From: an uncultured Actinomycetes bacterium
Lineage (GTDB): Bacteria > Chloroflexota > Dormibacteria > Aeolococcales > Aeolococcaceae
Length of the DNA: 64,000 nucleotides
NCBI GenBank assembly: GCA_964508345.1
Contig: CAZDTK010000001.1
Location: 236,012 to 300,011 of the forward strand
Direction of reading: 5' to 3'
The notes under the pieces are model-generated. The model was not told where the DNA came from. It saw only the letters and a list, made by a program, of their open reading frames with translations, and did no database searches. The position numbers were made by a program, and so were the translations under genes. This document shows, piece after piece, positions 10,054-19,987 of the stretch (position 1 is its first letter; each line of letters opens with the position of its first letter).

Positions 10054-12897
10054 TCAGCCCGCGGGGGCTCCGGCGGTCTCGCGGACGCTGCGGGCCAGGG
10101 CCTCCAGGGTCTGGTCCAGGTCGTCGTCGACGTGGATCCGGATCACTCGCCGTCCATGGTTGCGCAGCGACTGCAGGTCGCCCTGAACCTGGGCCTGCTT
10201 GAGCACCGAGAAGGTGAACGGCTGTCCGGGGATGGTGACATCGACGGAGTCGTTGGCCGTCACCTGGATGAAGACCCCGGTGTTGGGCCCGCCCTTGTGG
10301 AGCTGTCCCGTGGAGTGGAGGAAGCGCGGCCCGAAGCCGAGCGTGGTGGCCACCCGGTACCGGTCGCGGATCGCGGTCCGCAGCTCGTCGAGCGGGCCCT
10401 CCTCGGCGGTGAAGGGATTGACGTAGGCCATGATCGCGACGTAGTCGCCGGGCTTGACCAGGGCGAGGTGGGCGAGCAGCGCCGCCTCCGCGGATGCCGC
10501 CGGACCGCCCCCGTAGACGCGCACCCCGCCGGCGTTCGCCGCGGGCTCCTCCTCGGGCAGGCTGCCGCTCTTCTCGTAGGCGGCGAGCACGGCCTGGGTG
10601 TTGTCCTTGGACTCCTTGACGTTGGGCTCGTCGAAGGGGTCGATCTGGAGCGAGACGGCGGCCACCGCGGTGGCGAACTCCCAGCGGAAGAACTCGGCGC
10701 CCAGGTCGTAGGCGTCGCGCAGCTCGAGGACCACCGCGGGCTGGCCGGCCGCGATCAGCGTCTCCACCTGCCCGTCGACGTGGCAGGGCTCGCCGCCCAG
10801 GCACAGCCCGACCACCAGGCGGTCGTCCCCGTAGTCCTCGGGCTTGCCCACCGGCTCCTTGCCGATGGGGATGTAGCCCTTCCCCTCCTTGCCGGTGGAC
10901 TCGGCGATCAGCTGCTCCGCCCACAGGGAGAAGGAGGCGATCTGCGGCGGCGCCAGGATGGTGACCTTGTCGTGACCGGCGGCGTGGGCCAGGCTGAGCG
11001 CCGCGCCCAGCTCCAGCCCGCAGTTGAGCTCGGGGAGCGTCGCCGCGGCGCAGGTGGCGCGCATGGCGATGGCGCGGTCGAGGAGCAGCCCGACGTCCAG
11101 CCCCATCACCGCCGCCGGCACCAGGCCAAAGAAGCTGAGCGCCGAGTAGCGCCCGCCGATGTCGCCCGGGTTCTCGAAGAGGTGGCGGAAGCCACGCTCG
11201 GCCGCGATGTTGGCGAGCGGCGTGGCGTGGTCGGTGATGGCGGCGAAGTGCTCACCGGGGTGGGCGGCGCCGGTGGCGGTCACCGCCTCCCAGAAGTGGG
11301 CCAGGTGGGAGGAGGTCTCCAGGGTCGTGCCCGACTTGCTGGCGACCAGGAAGAGGGTTTGCTCCAGCTCCAGGCGGCTCTCCAGCTGGGTGATCGCCTC
11401 GGGGTCGGTGGTGTCCAGGACGTGGAGGACGGGGAAGCCGGCGGCGCTGCCGAAGGAGGTGCGCAGCACCTCGGGGCAGAGGCTGGAGCCGCCCATGCCG
11501 AGCAGCACGCAGTCGGTGTAGCCGGCCTGGCGCACCTCGGTGGCGAAGGCGGTCAGCTCTCCGACGCGCTGGCGCATGGTGACGGGGACGTCGAGCCAGC
11601 CCAGCCGGTTGCCGATCACCGCCGCTGCGGCAGGGTCGCCCGGCTTCCAGAGGTCGGGGTCGCGCGCCCAGATCCGCTCGGCGATCCGGTCGCGGCCCGC
11701 CTGGGCGACGGCGTCCTCGATGCTCTCCCCGCCCAGCGCCAGGTGGAAGGTCACGCGCTTGCCGTACCCGCCCCGGAAGGAGTCCAGCTTGCCGGCGATC
11801 CCGCTGATCAGCTGGTCGTACGAATCGGCGAAGGACTTGACGCCGGCGGTGAGCAGGTCCTGGGTGACCTTGGCCACGCTGATCCCGGCCGCCTCCAGGT
11901 CGAAGACTGTCTGCTCGGCGGCGTCGACGTCCTCGCGGACGGTGTCGCCGGCGACGATGCCGTGGTCGCGGAAGGCCTCGACCGTGGCCGGCGGCATGGT
12001 GTCGACGGTGTCCGGCCCGATCAGCGCCTCGGCGTAGACCACGTCGCGGTACTTGGGGTTCTTGGCGCTGGTGCTCGCCCACAGCGGCCGCTGCACGGGG
12101 GCGCCGGCGTCGCGCAGGCGCTTGAAGGAGTCGCCCCGGAAGTGCTTCTCAAAGGCCTCGTAGGCGAGGCGGGCATTGGCGATCGCCGCCTTGCCGAGCA
12201 GCGCCTCCAGGCGGGTGGCGTCACCGCCCGCCTTGATCCTCTCGTCGAGGAGGGCGTCCACGGCGGTGTCGACCCGGCTCACGAAGAACGAGGCCACCGA
12301 GTGGACCGCCAGGGATTGATGCGCATCCAGGCGCCGCTGCAACCCGTGGAGGTAGGCGGCGATCACGCGCTCGTACGCATCCAGGGCAAAGATGAGGGTC
12401 ACGTTGATGTTGACCCCGGCCGCGATCAGCTCCTCGACGGCGGGGATGCCCTCGGGGGTCGCCGGCACCTTCACCATGAGGTTGGGCCGCTCCACCCGCT
12501 TCCAGTACTCCTGGGCGAGGGCGACGCTCCCCTCGGTGTCGTGGGAGAGCGGAGGGGGCAGCTCCAGGCTCACGTAGCCGTCCGCGCCCTGGGTGCGGTC
12601 GTAGACCGGGCGGAGAGTGTCGCAGGCGTGCCGGATGTCGCTGATGGCGAGGCGGAGGAAGACCTCCTGGGGGTCGGTCACGCCCTGGCCGAGCAGCTCG
12701 TGGATCTGCTCGTCGTAGTGGGTGCCGTCGGCGATCGCCTTCTCGAAGATGGTCGGGTTGCTGGTCATGCCGGTGACGTTGTCCTCGGCGATCAGCCGGG
12801 CCAGCTCGGGCCCGGTGACCAGGTCGCGGCTGATGTAGTCGAGCCACACGGACTGGCCGTGGTCCGCGAGCCGCTGGAGCGGGTTGAGAGCCGGCAT
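10054..12897 (-). CDS. bifunctional transaldolase / glucose-6-phosphate isomerase fusion (947 aa)
   Basis: ATG at complement 12895-12897 gives MPALNPLQRLADHGQSVWLDYISRD (transaldolase N-terminus, TSNPTIF motif). The C-terminal ~550 aa carry PGI/SIS motifs (LLGMGGSSLCPEV, VASKSGTTLET, GGRYSALS). The six-frame ORF 10054..14700 is over-extended because its 5' part overlaps tkt in another frame. Confidence 0.85.
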   Translation of the reverse strand: MPALNPLQRLADHGQSVWLDYISRDLVTGPELARLIAEDNVTGMTSNPTIFEKAIADGTHYDEQIHELLGQGVTDPQEVFLRLAISDIRHACDTLRPVYDRTQGADGYVSLELPPPLSHDTEGSVALAQEYWKRVERPNLMVKVPATPEGIPAVEELIAAGVNINVTLIFALDAYERVIAAYLHGLQRRLDAHQSLAVHSVASFFVSRVDTAVDALLDERIKAGGDATRLEALLGKAAIANARLAYEAFEKHFRGDSFKRLRDAGAPVQRPLWASTSAKNPKYRDVVYAEALIGPDTVDTMPPATVEAFRDHGIVAGDTVREDVDAAEQTVFDLEAAGISVAKVTQDLLTAGVKSFADSYDQLISGIAGKLDSFRGGYGKRVTFHLALGGESIEDAVAQAGRDRIAERIWARDPDLWKPGDPAAAAVIGNRLGWLDVPVTMRQRVGELTAFATEVRQAGYTDCVLLGMGGSSLCPEVLRTSFGSAAGFPVLHVLDTTDPEAITQLESRLELEQTLFLVASKSGTTLETSSHLAHFWEAVTATGAAHPGEHFAAITDHATPLANIAAERGFRHLFENPGDIGGRYSALSFFGLVPAAVMGLDVGLLLDRAIAMRATCAAATLPELNCGLELGAALSLAHAAGHDKVTILAPPQIASFSLWAEQLIAESTGKEGKGYIPIGKEPVGKPEDYGDDRLVVGLCLGGEPCHVDGQVETLIAAGQPAVVLELRDAYDLGAEFFRWEFATAVAAVSLQIDPFDEPNVKESKDNTQAVLAAYEKSGSLPEEEPAANAGGVRVYGGGPAASAEAALLAHLALVKPGDYVAIMAYVNPFTAEEGPLDELRTAIRDRYRVATTLGFGPRFLHSTGQLHKGGPNTGVFIQVTANDSVDVTIPGQPFTFSVLKQAQVQGDLQSLRNHGRRVIRIHVDDDLDQTLEALARSVRETAGAPAG

Positions 12898-12902
12898 CGG
12901 TG

Positions 12903-14786
12903 TCAGTGCCCCCCTGCGGTGGTCTTGGCGGCGTGGCGCGCGGCCTTGGCGATCCCCTCGGCGTCGATGCCCTCGGCGGCCAGCAGGTCGCTGGTCTTGC
13001 CGCTCCCCGGGACGCTGCGCACGGCGAGGTGGAAGATCCGCGGCGGATGGTCGTCCCCGGCGAGCGCCTCCATCACCGCGGCGGCCAGGCCCCCCTCGGG
13101 GTAGTGGTCCTCGACCACGACGAGGATCCCGCCGCAGTCGCGGGCGGCCTGGCGGAGCACCTCGGCATTGATCGGCTTGATCGAGTAGCAGTCGATGACC
13201 CGGACGGGGATGCCCTCGCCGGCCAGCTTGTCGGCGGCGGCAAGCGCCTGGTGCACGGTTACCCCGGCGGCGACCACCGCGGCCCGGTCGGCGTCGCTGC
13301 GCCGCACCACCCGGGCACCGCCGATGGGGAAGGCGTCGCCGTTGTCGTAGAGCACGGGGTAGGCGTTGCGGGTGGTCCGGATGTAGGAGATCCCCGGCCG
13401 GTCGGCCATCTGGGCGACCAGCTTGGCGCAGCTCACTGCGTCGCTCGGGTAGAGGACGGTCGAGCCGTGGACCGCGCGCAGCGAGGCGATGTCCTCCAGC
13501 GCCATCTGCGAGGGGCCGTCGGCGCCGATCTCGCTGCCGGCGTGGGAGCCGGAGAGACGGATGTCGGCCTGGGAGATCGCCGCCATGCGGATGAAGTCGT
13601 ATGCACGGGAGACGAAGGCCGCGAAGGTGGAGGCGAAGGGGATGTAGCCGCGCACCTGGAGGCCGATCGCGGCCGAGACCAGCTGCTGCTCGGCGATGAA
13701 CATCTCGAAGAAGCGCTCGGGGTGCGCCTTCTTGAACTCGTCGGCGTGGGTGGAGTTGCTCACCTCGCCGTCCAGGGCCACCACCTCGGGGCGGGCGCCC
13801 AGGGCGGTGATGGCGTCCCCGTACGCCTTGCGGGTGGCGACCTTGTCGCCCAGGGTGTAGGTGGGGAGGGTGACCTCGACGCGCTCGGGGCTGATGGCCG
13901 GGGTGCCCCGCTCCGGCTTGTGGACGTCGAGGAGGACGTCGCGCTCGCCGCCCAGCTCGGCGATCGCCCGCGCCGCCATCTCCGGGGAGAGGGCCACGCC
14001 GTGCCAGCCCTCCTTGTTCTCGATCTCGGAGAAGCCCTTGCCCTTGATCGTCCGGGCGAGGATGACCGTCGGCCGGCCCACCGTCTCCCGGGCGTCGACG
14101 AAGGCGCCGTCGATCTCCTCCAGGTTGTGGCCGTCGATCACCAGCGCCCGGCAGCCGAAGGCCTCCACCCGGCGGCGGTAGGCCTCCAGGTTCCAGCCGA
14201 ACTCGGTCTCGCCCCGCTGGCCGAGCCGGTTGATGTCGGCCATGATCGTGAGGTTGTCCAGCCGGTAGTGGCTCGCCTTGTCCAGCGCCTCCCAGATCGA
14301 GCCCTCGGCCAGCTCGCTGTCGCCGCAGAGCACCCAGACCCGGTAGGGGAGCTTGTCCAGATACATGCCGGCGAGCGCCACCCCCACCGCGATGGGGAGC
14401 CCCTGGCCCAGCGAGCCGGTGGCGACGTCCACCCAGGGGATGACCGGGGTGGGGTGGCCCTGGAACTTGGAGCCGAAGGTCCGGTAGGTCATCAGCTCGG
14501 CGTCGTCGATCACCCCGCAGGCCTTGTAGAAGGCGTAGAGGAGGGGGGAGGCGTGGCCCTTGGAGAAGATGAGGTGGTCGTTGGTCGGCAGCTCGGGGCG
14601 GGTGAAGTCGTAGTGGAGGTGGCGCCCGCCGAGGACCGCGAGCAGGTCGGCCGCGGACATGCTGGAGGTCGGGTGTCCCGACCCGGCCCGGGTGCTGCAC
14701 CGGATCGCGTCGATCCGGATCTGCTGAGCCACCTCGTGGAGGGTGTCCAGGTCCACGAGACCCGCTGCCTGTCCGGTCGCCGCCAT
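12903..14786 (-). CDS. tkt: transketolase
   Basis: ATG at complement 14784-14786 with an AGGAGG RBS; ThDP motifs (GHASPLLYA, GDSELAEGSIWEA, GSLGQGL); 5 nt upstream of the tal-pgi start. Confidence 0.9.
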   Translation of the reverse strand: MAATGQAAGLVDLDTLHEVAQQIRIDAIRCSTRAGSGHPTSSMSAADLLAVLGGRHLHYDFTRPELPTNDHLIFSKGHASPLLYAFYKACGVIDDAELMTYRTFGSKFQGHPTPVIPWVDVATGSLGQGLPIAVGVALAGMYLDKLPYRVWVLCGDSELAEGSIWEALDKASHYRLDNLTIMADINRLGQRGETEFGWNLEAYRRRVEAFGCRALVIDGHNLEEIDGAFVDARETVGRPTVILARTIKGKGFSEIENKEGWHGVALSPEMAARAIAELGGERDVLLDVHKPERGTPAISPERVEVTLPTYTLGDKVATRKAYGDAITALGARPEVVALDGEVSNSTHADEFKKAHPERFFEMFIAEQQLVSAAIGLQVRGYIPFASTFAAFVSRAYDFIRMAAISQADIRLSGSHAGSEIGADGPSQMALEDIASLRAVHGSTVLYPSDAVSCAKLVAQMADRPGISYIRTTRNAYPVLYDNGDAFPIGGARVVRRSDADRAAVVAAGVTVHQALAAADKLAGEGIPVRVIDCYSIKPINAEVLRQAARDCGGILVVVEDHYPEGGLAAAVMEALAGDDHPPRIFHLAVRSVPGSGKTSDLLAAEGIDAEGIAKAARHAAKTTAGGH

Positions 14787-14991
14787 CTGGAGGTCCTCCT
14801 GCTCAGAGCCCGGTCGAATGCCCGCGCGCGGGCCAGCCCCTCCCCTCTCATGATGACCGAGGTGGGGGGTGCCTCGCCGGGACCCACGCGCTCCCACCGC
14901 ACCGCCGGAGACCGCGCCCGAACCCTCTCGGGACTCTCTGGGAGAATGGGCCGCACCGACGACCGATCACCCCACGGACGGAGGGCCGGCC

Positions 14992-16683
14992 ATGGCGGAC
15001 TCTGTGCAGCTGCCGGGAACCGCTCATGAGCTGACGGCGAGGGAGTTGGAACACACCCGCTCTCTCGGGCCGCTCTCCGCGGAGCAGGCGGCTGAGACCG
15101 TGGAGGTGACCCTCCTCCTCCGCGAGAACCCCGACGGGCCGGCGCTCGCCGAGACGATCGAGGCGATCAGCGCCCAGCCGGTGGGCCGCCGGCGCCACCT
15201 CACCCACGCCGAGTTGGCCGCGGCCCACGGCAGCACCGCCGAGGACGTCGCGCGGGTCAGCGCCTGGCTGCGGAGCGCCGGGCTCCACCCCACCGCGGTC
15301 GACACGGCCACCCGGCGGGTCAGGCTCTGGGGCACCTGCGAGCTGCTGGCGGCCGCGTTCGGGGTGGAGTTCGAGCGTTTCGAGACCACCCTCCCCGGCG
15401 GTGCCCCCCTCACCTATCGCGGCCACCGCGGCCCGGTCTCCGTCCCCGCCGAGCTGCAGGGGATCGTCGAGCACGCCGGCGGCCTCAGCGACCGTCCGGT
15501 GGCCCGCGCCCAGTATTGGATCGCCGACATGGCGACGGTCGAGGAGACTTTCACCCCGGAGCAGCTCGCCGCCGTCTACCGGTTCCCGGCAGTCGCCAAT
15601 GGCGGGGCCGGCCTGACCATCGACGTCGGCATCGCCGAGCTGGGCGGGCGGGTGGACCCGGCGGTGGTGAGCTGGTTCACGGCCGCCCACCCCAACGTCC
15701 AGGTCATCGAGGATTCCGTCGACGGGCCCCTGCCCCAGCCCGACCCGGGCGGCTCCGACGTCGAGGTCGCCCTCGACTGGCAGGTGATCGCCCAGGCGCT
15801 GCTGGTGGCGGCGCCCCAGGCCACGCTGCGGCTGGTCCTCCGCTACGGGCCCAACACCGAGCAGGGCTTCGCCGACCTCTGGAACTCCTTCGCCAGCGAC
15901 ACCACCTACGACTTCGTGGGCGTCTCCACCAGCTGGGGCGAGGCCGAGGACCAGTGGACGGAGAAGGGGGCGTCGGCGATGGACGCGGCGGCCCAGGCCT
16001 GCCTGGCCGTCGGGATCTTCCAGATCACCGCGAGCGGTGACAACGGCGCCGCCGACGGGGCCACCGACGGGAAGGTCTACGCCGACTGCCCCGCCTCCTG
16101 CCCCAACGTGCTGGGCGCCGGCGGCACCAGGCTGACGGTGAGCGGCGACCAGATCAGCAGCCAGGTGGTGTGGAACGAGGCCACCCTCAAGGAGGGGGCC
16201 GGCGGCGGCGGCGTCTCCATGTACTTCCCCGTCCCCGCCTACCAGTCGGCCAACGGCATCGCGGAGAAGTCGCTCAACAACGGGGCGACCGGCAGGTCGG
16301 AGCCGGACATGGCCGCCGACGCCGACCCGGTCACCGGCTACGCGGTGGTCACCGGCATCGACTCGTCCGGCAACCCGACCACGACCACCGTCGGCGGGAC
16401 CAGCGCCGTCGCGCCGCTGCTCACCGCCGGCTTTGTCGCGATCTCGGCCGTCCTCGGCCGCCGCCTGGGGCGGATCCAGGACCCCGCCTACGCCCTGGGC
16501 CACGCCGGTCGCGGCTTCTCCAACGTCACCCAGGGGAACAACGCCTACCCGGCGGGGACCGAGGGATACAGCGCGGGGCCGGGATTCAACGTCCCGGCGG
16601 GCTGGGGGAGCCCGATCTTCAGCGAGCTGGCCACCGGGTTCCCCACGGCCGTCCCCACCCCGGCGGGCGCGTTAGCGGAGTGA
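14992..16683 (+). CDS. S53 (sedolisin/kumamolisin-like) serine peptidase with N-terminal pro-domain
   Basis: ATG at 14992 (RBS ggacggaggg); pro-kumamolisin-like activation domain followed by a catalytic domain with a GGTSAVAPL Ser motif; divergent from tkt across a ~200-bp intergenic region. Confidence 0.8.
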   Translation: MADSVQLPGTAHELTARELEHTRSLGPLSAEQAAETVEVTLLLRENPDGPALAETIEAISAQPVGRRRHLTHAELAAAHGSTAEDVARVSAWLRSAGLHPTAVDTATRRVRLWGTCELLAAAFGVEFERFETTLPGGAPLTYRGHRGPVSVPAELQGIVEHAGGLSDRPVARAQYWIADMATVEETFTPEQLAAVYRFPAVANGGAGLTIDVGIAELGGRVDPAVVSWFTAAHPNVQVIEDSVDGPLPQPDPGGSDVEVALDWQVIAQALLVAAPQATLRLVLRYGPNTEQGFADLWNSFASDTTYDFVGVSTSWGEAEDQWTEKGASAMDAAAQACLAVGIFQITASGDNGAADGATDGKVYADCPASCPNVLGAGGTRLTVSGDQISSQVVWNEATLKEGAGGGGVSMYFPVPAYQSANGIAEKSLNNGATGRSEPDMAADADPVTGYAVVTGIDSSGNPTTTTVGGTSAVAPLLTAGFVAISAVLGRRLGRIQDPAYALGHAGRGFSNVTQGNNAYPAGTEGYSAGPGFNVPAGWGSPIFSELATGFPTAVPTPAGALAE

Positions 16684-16746
16684 CCTCCGGCGACCGAGGC
16701 CCGGGGAGCTCGTCGCGTCCCGGTTGTGATTCCGCGTTCCTGCCGC

Positions 16747-19500
16747 TCACTCCGGCGCCGAGCCGCCGAAGCTGCGGACGAGCTGGCTGCGCGAGCGGAT
16801 CCCGAGCTTGGCATAGGTGTGCGAGAGGTGGGCCTCGACCGTGAACACCGTGACGGACAGGTGGCTGGCAATCTCCTTGTTCGACATGCCTCTCGCCGCG
16901 AGCTCGACCACGCTGCGCTCGCTCGGTGTCAGCTGTCCCTCTGCCCCCGATCGCCGGCCGCTCACCCGGCTGAGCTCGGAGCGCGCTCGGGTGGCCCACC
17001 CGGTGCAGCCGCACTCGTCGAACTGGGCCGACGCGTCCTCGAGCGATTGGCGCGCGCCCGCACGCTTCTGGAACCGCCGCTGGATCACGCCGAGCATGAG
17101 CAGCGTTCGCGCCCGGTCGAAGTGCAACCCGAGCGCGCCGTAGTCGGCAGCGGCCTGCCCCAGCGCCGATGCGGCTGCATCGGTGTAGCCCCCGGCGAGC
17201 CGCACCACGGCCGCACAGCGTCTGGCCGACGCGAGTCCCCAGGGGTGCTGCTGCCGGACGGCGGAGCGGCGAAGCCGGTTGGTCACGCCGGCGGCCGAGT
17301 CGATGTCGCCCGACTGCACCAGCGCCTCGACGAGATCGGCCGCCACCGGGAACGCACCGGGATCGTCCACCTGCTCGCGGAGCGTGTGCGCCCACACGGC
17401 CTGCAGGCTCTCCACGGCTCGGCTGAGAGCGTTCTCGAACAGCGCGGCCACGCCGATCGCCTGCCGGGCCTCCAACCGATCCCACCCCTGCACATAACCC
17501 GAACCCGTGTCGAGGATCGCCGCGGCCCATCGTCTGGCGTCGGACGGCGCACCCGTCACCGCTGCCTCCCGCGCACGCAGGCGGGCCTGCACCTTGTCCG
17601 TCCACGGCTGGTCGTGGGAGATCTCGTTCAGCAGCCCACCCGCCTCCTGCAGGTTGCCAGCCCGCAGCTCGAGGTCGCAGAGCAGCTGCTGCTCGATCCT
17701 GCTTCCCTGGAGGTCGCCGCGTTCGTCGGCGAGCGCCAGGAGTTGCCGCAGGATCATCCGGGCATCGCCGAGCTCGCCCCTGAAGACGAGGCGTATGGCG
17801 CGCATCCGATCCATCGAGCTCTCGGGAAGGCTCTGGGGTCGGTCGGACAGGAGCTGCGACGGGCTGAGGTCGTCGATGGGGCGACCACGCAGGATGCGGG
17901 CCCAGGCGAGCGCGGTGCGGACGCGATCCCCAACATCGGAGCCGGCGTGTTGAGCGGCGGACACGGCCTCGAGCGCCCATGTCTCCGCTCTGTCGATGCG
18001 CTCGACCGCGCCGACCGTCAGGAACCGTGACCTCTTGGCCAGGGCGAGAGCCCGCACCTCGGGGTCTCGAGGGGCCTCGGTGAGGGCAAACTCGACATGG
18101 GCCTGGTCTCCGACAACATCTGCAGCCTCGCCCAGGACAAGATGCGCGATGGCGCGAGCTCGGCCGGGCGGCAGCTCGCTCATCTCCGCGGTGAGCAGCT
18201 CCGTGACGCGCGGCATGTCATCCGCTCTGACGTGGAATCGAGCGAGTGCCAGCACGCGATCGGTGTGCCCTGGGGCATCCCGTGGCGTCAGCCGGAGTGC
18301 GTGCGTGCCAAGCTCCTGAGCGTCCCGGACCGCGCCGCGCTTGGCTGCCAGCTCAGCTGCCGCCGCGATGGCACCGGCCACGTCCGCATCCGGGGCGACG
18401 GTGGCGATGGCCAGGTGCCGAGCGCGCAGCGTCGCGTCACCGACGGCAGATGCCAGCTCCAGGTGGAGGTCCCTCCGCTCCCGCGCGGAGGAGTGCCGCC
18501 TCGCCGCCACGGCGAGCATGGGATGTGCCACGTGCACATGCGAGCGCTCGATGACCAGGAGCCCGGATGAGATGGCATCCTCGAGCGCCAGCGGATCCAC
18601 CAGAGCCGAGAGCTCGGCCCGGGTCAGGCTGCCGCTCAGGGCCACGGCCAGCAGCGCGCGGCGCTCGGGCGCGGGGAGTCCGCGGATCCGGCTGTCGAAG
18701 ATGTCGTCCACGACCTCGGGAACGGGGAGCTCGGCGCCGAGCTCAGGGACCCCCTGAGCGGCGAGCAGGCGGCAGAGCTCGAGCACAAAGAGTGGGTTGC
18801 CCTGGGTGGTCTCATGGATCTGGCGAAGTACGTGCCGCGTCAGCGTCAGGCCGCTCCGCTCGGACACCAGATCGCGCATGGCGCCGAAGCTCAGAGCGGC
18901 GACCTCGATATGGCGAAGGTCGTCGGGCTGCATCGCTCGCTCGAGATCGGATCGCCGGCCGGAGCGTCGCGTGACCAGGAACCGCGTACCGCCGCGGGCG
19001 AGCCGGCGCGCAGCGAAAACCAACGAATCCGCGGAGGAGCGGTCCAACCAGGCGACGTCGTCGATGGCGACGAGCAGCGGACCGCGCTTCTCCAGGGCCC
19101 GAAGGGTGGAGAGCAGCGCGGCGGAGATCGCATAGGGGTCGGGCGGTGCCGCGAGGGGTTCCCCCCTCCGCAGCGCGGCCTCGAGCGCCTGGAGCTGGAG
19201 AGAGGGCAGCCCAGCGAGCACGCCCGGGTCGACATCGTCGACGAGGTCCGCCAGCGCCGCGAACGAGAGCTCAACCTCCGCCTGAGTGGATCGGGTCGAG
19301 AGGACGAGGTACCCCTCGGCCGCGGCAGTCTCGACGCCGGCCTCCCACAGGGTCGTCTTGCCGATCCCCGCCTCGCCGGAGATGACGAGGCATCGAGCCG
19401 GGCTGCCACTGTCGAGGAACTGTCGCAGGGCGAGCAGATCGGCCGCACGGCCGACCAGGTGCTGCCGCTCTGATGCTGCCTCCTGCTGGTGCGACCCCAT
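16747..19500 (-). CDS. LAL-family transcriptional regulator (N-terminal AAA+/P-loop NTPase, C-terminal LuxR HTH)
   Basis: Walker A GEAGIGKTT near the N-terminus; long helical/TPR-like middle region; C-terminal LuxR-type HTH (LTPSERSVVELAARGMSNKEIASHLSVTVFTVEAHLSHTYAKLGIRSRSQL). Confidence 0.85.
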   Translation of the reverse strand: MGSHQQEAASERQHLVGRAADLLALRQFLDSGSPARCLVISGEAGIGKTTLWEAGVETAAAEGYLVLSTRSTQAEVELSFAALADLVDDVDPGVLAGLPSLQLQALEAALRRGEPLAAPPDPYAISAALLSTLRALEKRGPLLVAIDDVAWLDRSSADSLVFAARRLARGGTRFLVTRRSGRRSDLERAMQPDDLRHIEVAALSFGAMRDLVSERSGLTLTRHVLRQIHETTQGNPLFVLELCRLLAAQGVPELGAELPVPEVVDDIFDSRIRGLPAPERRALLAVALSGSLTRAELSALVDPLALEDAISSGLLVIERSHVHVAHPMLAVAARRHSSARERRDLHLELASAVGDATLRARHLAIATVAPDADVAGAIAAAAELAAKRGAVRDAQELGTHALRLTPRDAPGHTDRVLALARFHVRADDMPRVTELLTAEMSELPPGRARAIAHLVLGEAADVVGDQAHVEFALTEAPRDPEVRALALAKRSRFLTVGAVERIDRAETWALEAVSAAQHAGSDVGDRVRTALAWARILRGRPIDDLSPSQLLSDRPQSLPESSMDRMRAIRLVFRGELGDARMILRQLLALADERGDLQGSRIEQQLLCDLELRAGNLQEAGGLLNEISHDQPWTDKVQARLRAREAAVTGAPSDARRWAAAILDTGSGYVQGWDRLEARQAIGVAALFENALSRAVESLQAVWAHTLREQVDDPGAFPVAADLVEALVQSGDIDSAAGVTNRLRRSAVRQQHPWGLASARRCAAVVRLAGGYTDAAASALGQAAADYGALGLHFDRARTLLMLGVIQRRFQKRAGARQSLEDASAQFDECGCTGWATRARSELSRVSGRRSGAEGQLTPSERSVVELAARGMSNKEIASHLSVTVFTVEAHLSHTYAKLGIRSRSQLVRSFGGSAPE

Positions 19501-19598
19501 AACCCCCGACCCCTGTGGCCTCGCGCTCCTCCAGGACGGCCAAAGTCTACAGGTATCCCTAATTGTGCTCGCGGGTGGCCGCCCCTACCGTCGTGAGC

Positions 19599-19934
19599 AT
19601 GCCCGAGTTCATGGTCGAGGTGTACGTCTCGCGGGCGGATGCGCTAACGGCGGCATCACCCACGCGGGACGTCTCCAGGGTTGCGGCCCAGATCACCCGT
19701 GAGGGGAGGCCGGTTCGCCTGGTCCGCTCCATCCTTGTTCCCGAGGACGAGACATGCCTCTACCTCTTCCGGGCGCACACCGGTGATGCCGTTCGCGAGA
19801 CCGCGACACGGGCGGGATTGCGATTCGAGCACGTGGCCGAGGTGACGGCCGACGGCCGGCGTCGCCCTCCGCCCCGGGGAGACGTCCCCCTCCGTCGACG
19901 GGCTCACCTCGAGCAGCGGGAGGCACCGGCGTGA
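19599..19934 (+). CDS. DUF4242-like small protein
   Basis: MPEFMVEVYVSR...RSILVPEDETCLYLFRA resembles DUF4242; start inferred at an internal ATG; divergent from the LAL regulator. Confidence 0.4.
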   Translation: MPEFMVEVYVSRADALTAASPTRDVSRVAAQITREGRPVRLVRSILVPEDETCLYLFRAHTGDAVRETATRAGLRFEHVAEVTADGRRRPPPRGDVPLRRRAHLEQREAPA

Positions 19935-19987
19935 CCTCCCGTGATTCCCAAACCTCATTTCGAAAGACCATCTCAAGGAGAACAGTC

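Noticed and set aside
7840-13104. 1754-aa plus-strand ORF spanning 5.2 kb
   Set aside because: It runs antisense to the entire pgl-zwf-tal/pgi operon. Its translation is low-complexity (G/A/R/D/V-rich) with no domains. It is a typical stop-codon-poor antisense frame in ~70% GC DNA.
12898-14700. 5' 600 codons of the 1548-aa minus-strand ORF 10054..14700
   Set aside because: This part overlaps the well-supported transketolase gene in another frame and translates to P/R/G-rich nonsense. The genuine tal-pgi gene starts at the internal ATG 12895-12897 (MPALNPLQRLADHGQ...).
16619-18030. 453-aa minus-strand and 434-aa plus-strand ORFs overlapping the LAL regulator
   Set aside because: These are out-of-frame or antisense to the regulator gene, which has clear Walker A and LuxR HTH motifs. 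Their translations are R/G/P-rich.
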